Shown here piece by piece: positions 57,464-64,000 of a stretch of 64,000 nucleotides of DNA. Position numbers and translations under genes: made by a program. Numbering within the stretch: position 1 is the first letter of the stretch; each line of letters begins with the position of its first letter. Origin of the DNA: Escherichia phage nomo; the sequence record MN850578.1; one strand, written 5' to 3'. Below the pieces are notes generated by a model. The model saw only the letters and a list, made by a program, of their open reading frames with translations, searched no databases and had not been told where the DNA came from.

Positions 57464-57717
57464 TTAACGTTCTACAAAAATACCGTTCAGTTCAATAACC
57501 AGGAATTTCTGGTCTTCACTGTCGTCTCGTGCCAGCACCTCACAGACGTATCGGTCATCTCCATCATCATCGCAGTCAAATACAAGACTGAGGACTTTAT
57601 CATGATAAACCTTCGCCACTACCGCCTCGTAAGTATTGCCGATTGTGAATCCAAGATAATCTCCGATGCATTTGACAACAACATGGTCGCCAGCATTCAA
57701 GTCAATCTTCGTCATTA
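57464..57717 (-). CDS. hypothetical acidic protein
   Basis: Start moved to ATG (MTKIDLN..) after aaggag. Confidence 0.5.
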
Positions 57718-57842
57718 CTGCGCTCCTTGGGTAATAATACTGTATGTAAAACTTTAACCAGAGATGTGAATAACGCCCCAAAACACACCGATAGCGCTAA
57801 AACAGACAAGGCCATCATCAAAGCTTCAGTAAAATCAGTCAT
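57702..57842 (-). CDS. small hydrophobic protein (46 aa)
   Basis: ATG after gaggtgagga; MTDFTEALMMALSVLALSVCFGALFTSLVK..; not in track. Confidence 0.4.
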   Translation of the reverse strand: MTDFTEALMMALSVLALSVCFGALFTSLVKVLHTVLLPKERSNDED

Positions 57843-57861
57843 TCCTCACCTCTTGTTAGTC

Positions 57862-57890
57862 ACTATACTATCATTTATCCTTGCCGTCAA
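57862..57890 (-). promoter_or_regulatory. sigma70-like promoter (minus strand)
   Basis: Minus-strand TTGACG, 17 bp, TATAGT, upstream of 57842 peptide. Confidence 0.5.
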
Positions 57891-58134
57891 GAACTTTTTT
57901 AAATCTTTCAGGGATATCCCCCGTTCTTAGATAGTTCATGACCTCACAAGGTTCCCACTTGAATTTCTTACAGAGCAGGGCGGCTGAGATTGTTTCATTG
58001 CGAAAAGAAAGGATATTAATATCCCACTCTGAGAACCCCAACTTCCGAAGGGTAGCTACAGAAATCCTCACCGCAACCCAGCAGCAAAAACATGCAACAA
58101 ACGCCACTGCTACAACCCACATCAGGATGTTCAT
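57871..58134 (-). CDS. hypothetical membrane protein
   Basis: RBS aaggtg; N-terminal helix ILMWVVAVAFVACFCCWVAV. Confidence 0.5.
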   Translation of the reverse strand: MNILMWVVAVAFVACFCCWVAVRISVATLRKLGFSEWDINILSFRNETISAALLCKKFKWEPCEVMNYLRTGDIPERFKKVLDGKDK

Positions 58135-58143
58135 ATAAGCACC

Positions 58144-58227
58144 TTACTGAAATACAAGACACAGTGTTAAGGTTACTGACCAGCAAATAATTAACAGTGC
58201 CGTTGCAACCTTGGCAAGATTTATCAT
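58144..58227 (-). CDS. possible small hydrophobic peptide (27 aa)
   Basis: ATGA overlap with upstream stop; MINLAKVATALLIICWSVTLTLCLVFQ. Confidence 0.3.
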   Translation of the reverse strand: MINLAKVATALLIICWSVTLTLCLVFQ

Positions 58228-58511
58228 AGTGCCTCTAAGATTTCATACCCTTCGGGTCGGAATACAAGCCACTCCGTGGCTCCGTTTGGTCGATACGCTT
58301 TATACAGAACAACCTGGTCTCGGCACATGCACATGGCTACATAGTTTTCATCCACACCTGCAGCCTGCATTGCATCTTCTTCTCCGGCAACTGCTTTGCT
58401 TACAACTTCCTTGGTAGGCAGGTGTGCGATCAGCTCGTCACCATCATTAATTCCAAAATGGCTGAGTTCGCCGTTGGTATCTTTAATCTTAATCTTAACC
58501 AGATCTTTCAT
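58224..58511 (-). CDS. hypothetical acidic protein (MK[IV]K paralog group)
   Basis: RBS ggggga; N-terminus MKDLVKIKIKD. Confidence 0.5.
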   Translation of the reverse strand: MKDLVKIKIKDTNGELSHFGINDGDELIAHLPTKEVVSKAVAGEEDAMQAAGVDENYVAMCMCRDQVVLYKAYRPNGATEWLVFRPEGYEILEAL

Positions 58512-58840
58512 TAGTCTTCCCCCAGGTTCAAAGGTCCTAAGATTTCATATGCCAGATTAGAAGTTACCAGAGGGTCTTCTGCATCTTTAGTATTGTACCA
58601 CCCGTGAATAACCAGAGTCCCACTTTGTTTCATATCCAACTGGAACTGTTCTGCAGTTTCCTCATCCATCTCTAAGATCTCCATGAGGTATTTGATGTTA
58701 GGAAGGTATGCAGCTGTTACAGTTCCCTCCACCAAACCTTCGGGCCAACCTACATCCGGATGACAAGTAGGAACCAGATTAGTCAGCTTAATAGTGTACG
58801 CTTTTTCTGCACGAGCCTTCAGTAACGGGTCAATCTTCAT
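58511..58840 (-). CDS. hypothetical protein
   Basis: RBS gaggagg. Confidence 0.5.
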   Translation of the reverse strand: MKIDPLLKARAEKAYTIKLTNLVPTCHPDVGWPEGLVEGTVTAAYLPNIKYLMEILEMDEETAEQFQLDMKQSGTLVIHGWYNTKDAEDPLVTSNLAYEILGPLNLGED

Positions 58841-59190
58841 TATTCGTCCTCCTCTTCGGTGCCTGCTTCCAGTAATAAGTTAAGAATATCTTCTGCACAA
58901 GGTTCATAGAACTCTTGGCCTTCATTATCGATGATTTTGTAGTCATCTCCACGAATAATCAGGGGATCACTCTCAAAATTATCGAGACCTTTAACAACTA
59001 CAACACGATCGATTGCCATCATCGTAAGAACTTTATCGACATCTTCCTCTGCTACACCATACTGCAGCAGAATGTCTTTGGTAGGAGGAACAGCATCCAC
59101 CACAACGCCGTTACCAAAACCTTCTGGAAGTTTAGCTAAAATATCTTCCGGAACCACATTCACATCAAAACCGGTAATTTCTACTTTCAT
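58840..59190 (-). CDS. hypothetical acidic protein (MK[IV]K paralog group)
   Basis: RBS gaagaggtg; MKVEITGFDV.. Confidence 0.5.
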   Translation of the reverse strand: MKVEITGFDVNVVPEDILAKLPEGFGNGVVVDAVPPTKDILLQYGVAEEDVDKVLTMMAIDRVVVVKGLDNFESDPLIIRGDDYKIIDNEGQEFYEPCAEDILNLLLEAGTEEEDE

Positions 59191-59451
59191 TTACAGCACC
59201 TCTTCGTCAACTACTTCATAAAAATGGCCTGGGATTGCAATAGCGTTCTCACCTTCACCTACAAACACAGTTCCGTCAAGAATCAACATCATAAGAATTT
59301 CTGTAATATCCTCTTCCGGAACGTTGCCAAAACCTTTAATCAGCTCGTAGGTTGGAATATTTACCTCTAAGATGTCACCATCTTTAGAACGGAAATCAAC
59401 ACCGTCCTGAATCTCTGCCTTTTCAAGGTTTTTCAATTTAATCTTCATCAA
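59191..59451 (-). CDS. hypothetical acidic protein (MK[IV]K paralog group)
   Basis: RBS caggaga; MMKIKLKNL.. Confidence 0.5.
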   Translation of the reverse strand: MMKIKLKNLEKAEIQDGVDFRSKDGDILEVNIPTYELIKGFGNVPEEDITEILMMLILDGTVFVGEGENAIAIPGHFYEVVDEEVL

Positions 59452-59480
59452 TCGGTCTCCTGTCTTGTTAAGATGAAGGT

Positions 59481-59509
59481 ATTATTTCACACAGGGTTGG
59501 CGTTGTCAA
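59481..59509 (-). promoter_or_regulatory. sigma70-like promoter (minus strand)
   Basis: Minus-strand TTGACA, 17 bp, AATAAT. Confidence 0.55.
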
Positions 59510-59527
59510 CACCTGTGTGCAAGAAAA

Positions 59528-59923
59528 TTACTGAAACAGTGCGGATAAATTACCTTCTGGTGGGAACTTATCTGCCAAAAACGGTGTTAGCACAGTAGCC
59601 TTCTGAAGATCTGGGGTCCACTCGTTGTTCAGAACATCCCAGTAGTACGCAATGTTGCTGTGTGGGTGCCGCATTACGAACTTTTTCCCTTCGTAGTCAT
59701 CTGAAACCTCTACAGAAGAAATAACAACAGAATCTTCAAGGGTTTCTTCATAGAAAGATCCGCCTTCAAATTTCCAACGAGATGCAAGAGCCCCTGCCTT
59801 GAACGCTGCAGATAACGGACTGTCGGCAAGAACATACATTTCTTGCACTCTGTCGCTGCGATCTTTGCTTCTTACGTTGTATACAGTATCTGAGCTATAC
59901 TCAACACGGTATAGGCTTACCAT
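59528..59923 (-). CDS. hypothetical protein (paralog of 61735 gene)
   Basis: RBS gaggagg; shares HP.S...YW.....WTP block with 61735-62133. Confidence 0.5.
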   Translation of the reverse strand: MVSLYRVEYSSDTVYNVRSKDRSDRVQEMYVLADSPLSAAFKAGALASRWKFEGGSFYEETLEDSVVISSVEVSDDYEGKKFVMRHPHSNIAYYWDVLNNEWTPDLQKATVLTPFLADKFPPEGNLSALFQ

Positions 59924-60255
59924 TACCGCACCTCCTCAATAACTTCCACATCTGAACCTACCACAAATGCAAAAGGACAGGTTTCATGAAAGACATCCGG
60001 ATCGCCGCCAAGCTTGCTAACAATCTCTCCACCACTAATAAACACAAGCTCACCGATATTCATCAGATTGCTGAAATAGTACCCATAATGATTAAAGAAT
60101 GCAGCAGGGTCAGGTAGATTAGTAGCCTCAAGCACTACATCGGTTGAGGTTACTTTCTTATCATAACCTCTCGCCTTTTGAGATGCAAGATCTGCAGAAT
60201 CCTCAGGCGACCGGAGATGCACAGGAATTGTTTCACCAATAAAGCGTACTTTCAT
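59923..60255 (-). CDS. hypothetical protein
   Basis: Start moved to ATG (MKVRFIGE..) after gggtga. Confidence 0.45.
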   Translation of the reverse strand: MKVRFIGETIPVHLRSPEDSADLASQKARGYDKKVTSTDVVLEATNLPDPAAFFNHYGYYFSNLMNIGELVFISGGEIVSKLGGDPDVFHETCPFAFVVGSDVEVIEEVR

Positions 60256-60259
60256 ATTA

Positions 60260-60523
60260 TCACCCAACAACCATAGCTTCAAAAGGAGTCATGAACGAAT
60301 AAACGGCATCATCATCTGCTTCAGGGAATGCTCCCAAAGACTTCATATCTGAGCCCTTGACAAATACAAGGTTTTGATCAAAGGCTTCTTGGGGGTCAAT
60401 CCGATACATATTTCGTAAAATATCGCTTACCTCCTCATCAAGAGGTGAGTATGCTGTGCACGTTTTTCCGATCAAGCTTTGAGAATCAGGGTATCCACCT
60501 GAAGTTTTAAAATAAACAATCAT
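60260..60523 (-). CDS. hypothetical protein
   Basis: RBS agaggtg. Confidence 0.5.
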   Translation of the reverse strand: MIVYFKTSGGYPDSQSLIGKTCTAYSPLDEEVSDILRNMYRIDPQEAFDQNLVFVKGSDMKSLGAFPEADDDAVYSFMTPFEAMVVG

Positions 60524-60569
60524 ATAGTATCACCTCTGGTAAGAGATTGGGACTCCTTTCCCACAAATA

Positions 60570-60597
60570 ATTACAAATCTTCCTTAGCGAGGAAGTA
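60570..60597 (-). terminator. putative minus-strand terminator
   Basis: Hairpin cttcctcgctaaggaag followed by T/A-rich run on minus strand. Confidence 0.35.
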
Positions 60598-60614
60598 TGC
60601 TAATCCAAGCAGGA

Positions 60615-60884
60615 TTATTCCTCTACAATCTCATACACATCAGGAGTTACAATCAACTCTTCTCCGTTACCCGGTGCAACAAACACCACCAAACCTTCAG
60701 GTGTGTGCTTTTTAGCCATCTCGATAACATCTTCTCGCAGAGCTGGCTCCATCAGATCAAAACCTTCACCTAGGGCATCACGAACCACCTTCATATAGTC
60801 CACTGGTTGTGCTTCAACAATCATGCCTTCAACCAGTCCACAGTTTTTGTCTGCCAGCTCAGTTTTGAATAATTTAATTTTCAT
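60615..60884 (-). CDS. hypothetical acidic protein (MK[IV]K paralog group)
   Basis: RBS gaggag; MKIKLFKTEL.. Confidence 0.5.
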   Translation of the reverse strand: MKIKLFKTELADKNCGLVEGMIVEAQPVDYMKVVRDALGEGFDLMEPALREDVIEMAKKHTPEGLVVFVAPGNGEELIVTPDVYEIVEE

Positions 60885-60910
60885 TTAGAGGTCTCCTCAA
60901 TTATTTGATA

Positions 60911-61012
60911 TTAATAGCCGTAACCTAACACATTAACTACAACTGCGATTGCAAACATAATTTCAAAGCATGCAATCTCTACATTTGGGACTAATTTCTT
61001 AATCACACCCAT
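60911..61012 (-). CDS. possible small hydrophobic peptide (33 aa)
   Basis: ATG after gaggtg; MGVIKKLVPNVEIACFEIMFAIAVVVNVLGYGY. Confidence 0.35.
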   Translation of the reverse strand: MGVIKKLVPNVEIACFEIMFAIAVVVNVLGYGY

Positions 61013-61021
61013 TGTAGCACC

Positions 61022-61342
61022 TCATTCTCCAAAGTCAATCTTTACTTTGCCTTTCCCCTTACCTTTCTTTCCACCGCATTTAGCCAGCTGACGTGCTGCG
61101 ACATCTACCATACGGTCAGTTGCCTCGTAAGCATCACTGACTTTAGCCTTGGCAATAACTTCTTTTCCAGAATTGTCAAAAATGAACGCCATAACTTCCT
61201 GGTGATCATTTTCAACTTTTACACTCACACGTGCATAGTTAACAGAGGGATGTAAACGCTCCAGCTTGGACATTTTGCGGGAAATAAAAGATACCATACC
61301 TTCTGTGATTTCTACATTGTTGCCAGTGATTTCAATTTGCAT
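61022..61342 (-). CDS. hpf: ribosome hibernation promoting factor (HPF/RaiA family) homolog
   Basis: N-terminus MQIEITGNNVEITEGM.. parallels E. coli HPF MQLNITGNNVEITEAL; conserved ARQL block; Lys/Gly-rich tail; RBS aaaggaa. Confidence 0.75.
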   Translation of the reverse strand: MQIEITGNNVEITEGMVSFISRKMSKLERLHPSVNYARVSVKVENDHQEVMAFIFDNSGKEVIAKAKVSDAYEATDRMVDVAARQLAKCGGKKGKGKGKVKIDFGE

Positions 61343-61426
61343 AACGTGTTCCTTTTAAGGAAGAGGGAATAACTATCTCTCTTTGAAAACAATGATACTA
61401 AATCTGAAGCGTTGTGTCAACAGTTT

Positions 61427-61717
61427 TTACAGCTTGTTGTCGATAGTTTTTAAAATATCCACAGCAAGATCTGCCATTTTTCGAACATACTCTGCAAACT
61501 CAACAGGATCCTTGATCAAAGAATTCACAGGGTCGTACCCTAGAGCGTTTAAAATGGCTGCAGCATCTACAACCTTCTCATCATTTGCGAAGATCTCTCC
61601 GTCAAACTTGTAGGTCCATTTTGAGTCAACCTTAGCAGAGCAGGGTTTGTCCATGCTTGTTACACCATCGTCTTTAAACTCTCCTGCGTTATCAATATTT
61701 AGAATTAAATCCATCAT
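61427..61717 (-). CDS. hypothetical protein
   Basis: RBS gaggtg. Confidence 0.5.
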   Translation of the reverse strand: MMDLILNIDNAGEFKDDGVTSMDKPCSAKVDSKWTYKFDGEIFANDEKVVDAAAILNALGYDPVNSLIKDPVEFAEYVRKMADLAVDILKTIDNKL

Positions 61718-61734
61718 GGTGACACCTCACTGTT

Positions 61735-62133
61735 TCAGTCTAGCTTTTCTTCAACAACCCCATAACTTGGGGCAGAGTCAAGAGCTTTCTGGTTTAAAAG
61801 TGGCGTAGCAGAATCTGCAAACGGTGTCCAAGTTTTTGTTCTGGCATTCCAGTAATGCTTCACTCTGGAATCTGGATGCACTATAACAAAAACTTTTTCA
61901 CTTGTCAACACATTAATTTCTTCTACACCCTTGCTGATAATTTCTCCGTCGTAGCCCCCAGTCTGGTATCCTTCGTACCAGGTTCTTGCATAGGCATAGC
62001 CAGCCTGCCAGCATGCAGCCTCCTCCGAGGTGGAGACTACGTAGAAGTCTTTCTCAAATTCCGGAATACGCCCTTGCTTTACGCTCCAAGCTCCGCGAAT
62101 TTTCATTGTTACTTTGAAAAGCTTGTTCTTCAT
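61735..62133 (-). CDS. hypothetical protein (paralog of 59528 gene)
   Basis: VIVHPDSRVKHYWNARTKTWTP aligns with FVMRHPHSNIAYYWDVLNNEWTP. Confidence 0.5.
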   Translation of the reverse strand: MKNKLFKVTMKIRGAWSVKQGRIPEFEKDFYVVSTSEEAACWQAGYAYARTWYEGYQTGGYDGEIISKGVEEINVLTSEKVFVIVHPDSRVKHYWNARTKTWTPFADSATPLLNQKALDSAPSYGVVEEKLD

Positions 62134-62134
62134 A

Positions 62135-62389
62135 CTACCGCTCTACAATCTCTACGTCTGTTCCTACACCGAAGGCATAGTAATGTTCTTCCCCAAAGTA
62201 ATACTTGGGGACACCCGCTTTGATCAGATCTAACCCGCGAATAAATACCACACCGTGTGATACAGTGGAATGCTTCTGACGCACAGGATCGTTGTCAGGC
62301 AACCATTCAAAGTACACCGCAGGTACAACCTTTCCCTTCAGGAAGGATTGTCCCAAGTAGACGTTAGAATCAAGAATTTTAACCTTCAT
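62135..62389 (-). CDS. hypothetical protein (MKVK.LDS paralog pair)
   Basis: MKVKILDSNVYLGQ.. similar to next gene MMKVKVLDSSFYIGQ..; both end ..DVEIVE. Confidence 0.5.
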   Translation of the reverse strand: MKVKILDSNVYLGQSFLKGKVVPAVYFEWLPDNDPVRQKHSTVSHGVVFIRGLDLIKAGVPKYYFGEEHYYAFGVGTDVEIVER

Positions 62390-62606
62390 TCTCGTCCTCC
62401 ACTATCTCTACATCCTCACCAAGGGCAAAGTTGTAGGTCCACTGGCTGTCAAAGCAGTCCTGAGATGCACCAGCGGCAATAAGATCTGCACCTTTTATTT
62501 TTAAAAGGTCAGGATAATCTTCGTTAGGGATAGCGGTAAACACTTTCCCCACTAAGGGCTCCTGACCAATATAGAAGCTTGAATCTAAAACTTTAACTTT
62601 CATCAA
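62379..62606 (-). CDS. hypothetical protein (MKVK.LDS paralog pair)
   Basis: See 62135-62389. Confidence 0.5.
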   Translation of the reverse strand: MMKVKVLDSSFYIGQEPLVGKVFTAIPNEDYPDLLKIKGADLIAAGASQDCFDSQWTYNFALGEDVEIVEDENEG

Positions 62607-62890
62607 CGGTCTCCCTCAGGCGGTTGTGGGACGTAAACACTGTTACGAATATCGTCAGCAGTGTAGTAATAAGTGGTTCCAACCCTATCTCGGGCTGCAA
62701 TGTACTCTGCTATACCAACAAGTGCCATTGATTTGGTGGCGTATCTTCCCCACTCGTTAGCTCCCCAGTAGAATTTAGACCAGTAGGGAATAAGACCGAA
62801 CAAATATACCTTTTGACGAACTTCCCAGTAAGTGCCTTTTCCGACAAGTTTAAACTCTACTTCACTACTGTTAATCTTTTTCATTATCAA
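62603..62890 (-). CDS. hypothetical protein
   Basis: Overlap-coupled ORF. Confidence 0.5.
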   Translation of the reverse strand: MIMKKINSSEVEFKLVGKGTYWEVRQKVYLFGLIPYWSKFYWGANEWGRYATKSMALVGIAEYIAARDRVGTTYYYTADDIRNSVYVPQPPEGDR

Positions 62891-63183
62891 TCTCCCTCTA
62901 CCGTGGTCGGATTGTCAGTAAGAAATTGAGCATTGGCTGGAGGCACGCCTGACATTTTCCACACAACCATAAGTTTATAACCAGGCACTCTATTAAGTGC
63001 AGATCGAGTAGAGTTTGTGCACGTATACTTTCGCTTTCCAAACCCGTTCTCCATCATAATCCAGTACCCAGTATCTTTGTCACCAGGTATCGGTAGACCA
63101 CCTTCATCAACCCACTGAATTGACCACGGCACGATGGCTACAGCTTTATATTTAAACTTTTTAAACCACTCAAAAAGTTTCAT
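62887..63183 (-). CDS. hypothetical protein
   Basis: Overlap-coupled ORF. Confidence 0.5.
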   Translation of the reverse strand: MKLFEWFKKFKYKAVAIVPWSIQWVDEGGLPIPGDKDTGYWIMMENGFGKRKYTCTNSTRSALNRVPGYKLMVVWKMSGVPPANAQFLTDNPTTVEGD

Positions 63184-63186
63184 AAT

Positions 63187-63276
63187 TCAGCCCCGCATAG
63201 ACATAATCACTATAAACAGGCAAACAATGAATCCGAATGCCACGCCACCCATAAACGTTAATATTGATGCAATCAT
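63187..63276 (-). CDS. possible small hydrophobic peptide (29 aa)
   Basis: MIASILTFMGGVAFGFIVCLFIVIMSMRG; gagg 11 nt upstream. Confidence 0.3.
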   Translation of the reverse strand: MIASILTFMGGVAFGFIVCLFIVIMSMRG

Positions 63277-63278
63277 AG

Positions 63279-63464
63279 TCAATCAGCCTCGCCTGGCAAC
63301 TCTTCTACCTTAACATGCCGAAAAGTGTTACCGTAATGGTTGATCCATGACATCAGCTCACTTTCTTGCTCTTCCTCTGGGATGAACTCTCGAATACTGA
63401 CAAGTTTTAAGAAAACCCAATCACAATCTGCACCCATTCTACCAGACAGACAATAGTGCTTCAT
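63279..63464 (-). CDS. hypothetical protein
   Basis: Start moved to ATG (MKHYCLSG..) after gggagg. Confidence 0.45.
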   Translation of the reverse strand: MKHYCLSGRMGADCDWVFLKLVSIREFIPEEEQESELMSWINHYGNTFRHVKVEELPGEAD

Positions 63465-63483
63465 AAAAACCCTCCCGCCCGGT

Positions 63484-63678
63484 TTAGAATATTGCTTCTT
63501 CCATTGCGCCTGAGAGCAACAAAGAGGTGATCTGGCTAACATTCATCTCAGACTCTACTTCCTCCCCTTTGAAAGGTTCGCGGCAGAATAGGACTGTTTC
63601 AGGACTTTTACTTCGAACAATATAATACAAATCATTCAATGTGTTGTAGTAATAAGTGTTAAAACGTAAGTTTTTCAT
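63484..63678 (-). CDS. hypothetical protein
   Basis: RBS gaagagg. Confidence 0.5.
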   Translation of the reverse strand: MKNLRFNTYYYNTLNDLYYIVRSKSPETVLFCREPFKGEEVESEMNVSQITSLLLSGAMEEAIF

Positions 63679-63962
63679 TTTCTAGTCCTCTTCTTAGATT
63701 TTTGGGGAGAAACGCTTTCTGCAATACGAGACAGACGTTCTTCTGAAGCCTTACCTACTCCAGGTTTTTTGAGTGGATTATCTTTATGACCACAATCCAA
63801 CTGGATATTGGATACCTCTCCAACTTTGTAAGTCAATTCTAGCAAAAGGTTGTCGTCCTTGTCAAATGTTTTTACGATAAATTTTTTATCGTTCTCCTGA
63901 ACTTCATATCTGGTACCTGCAGTATACAGCATGGTGCCATCAGCATAGGATATCCAGATCAT
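63675..63962 (-). CDS. hypothetical protein
   Basis: RBS aaggagg. Confidence 0.5.
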   Translation of the reverse strand: MIWISYADGTMLYTAGTRYEVQENDKKFIVKTFDKDDNLLLELTYKVGEVSNIQLDCGHKDNPLKKPGVGKASEERLSRIAESVSPQKSKKRTRK

Positions 63963-64000
63963 TGAGCCTCCTTTTGCTGCAACAGCATTAACTCTTTGTT

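Noticed and set aside
1-64000. tRNA genes
   Set aside because: Searched by eye for T-loop-like GTTCGAATC/GTTCAAATC contexts with flanking stems; the only hits (for example near 40290 and 39495) lack acceptor or T stems.

Overview
This window reads as a densely packed segment of a virulent tailed dsDNA phage of a Gram-negative, probably enterobacterial, host. The host call rests on sigma70-type TTGACA/TATAAT promoters and AGGAG-type ribosome-binding sites; all protein calls are from motifs recognised by eye, with no database search. Layout: (1) 1-9.1 kb, tail-fibre module including a 1878-aa fibre with a Big_2-like Ig domain; (2) 9.1-16.1 kb, minus-strand cluster (HAD-like phosphatase, three tandem paralogs, vWA/HExxH protein, endo VII-like protein); (3) 16.2-34 kb, plus-strand replication and anti-restriction module (MoxR-like ATPase, SleB-like hydrolase, rIIA and rIIB, Dda-like helicase, N6/N4 DNA methyltransferase, compact C5-methyltransferase-like protein, Toprim primase-helicase, family A DNA polymerase); (4) 34-42 kb, small genes including an SSB-like protein ending in DDDIPF and a TARG1-type macrodomain; (5) 42.0-43.0 kb, iteron-like repeat region; (6) 43.0-53.0 kb, about 30 small early-type genes in repeated cassettes of promoter, GC-rich 5' hairpin and RBS, several encoding short hydrophobic peptides; (7) 53.05-55.5 kb, a 2.4-kb repeat-dense non-coding region between convergent gene blocks; (8) 55.5-64 kb, minus-strand operon of small acidic paralogs including a ribosome hibernation factor homolog. 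The most likely candidates for an undescribed system are the early cassette array, the two repeat-rich non-coding regions, and a perfect 29-bp inverted repeat shared by the starts of two opposed genes. No tRNA, CRISPR array, integrase or transposase was seen.
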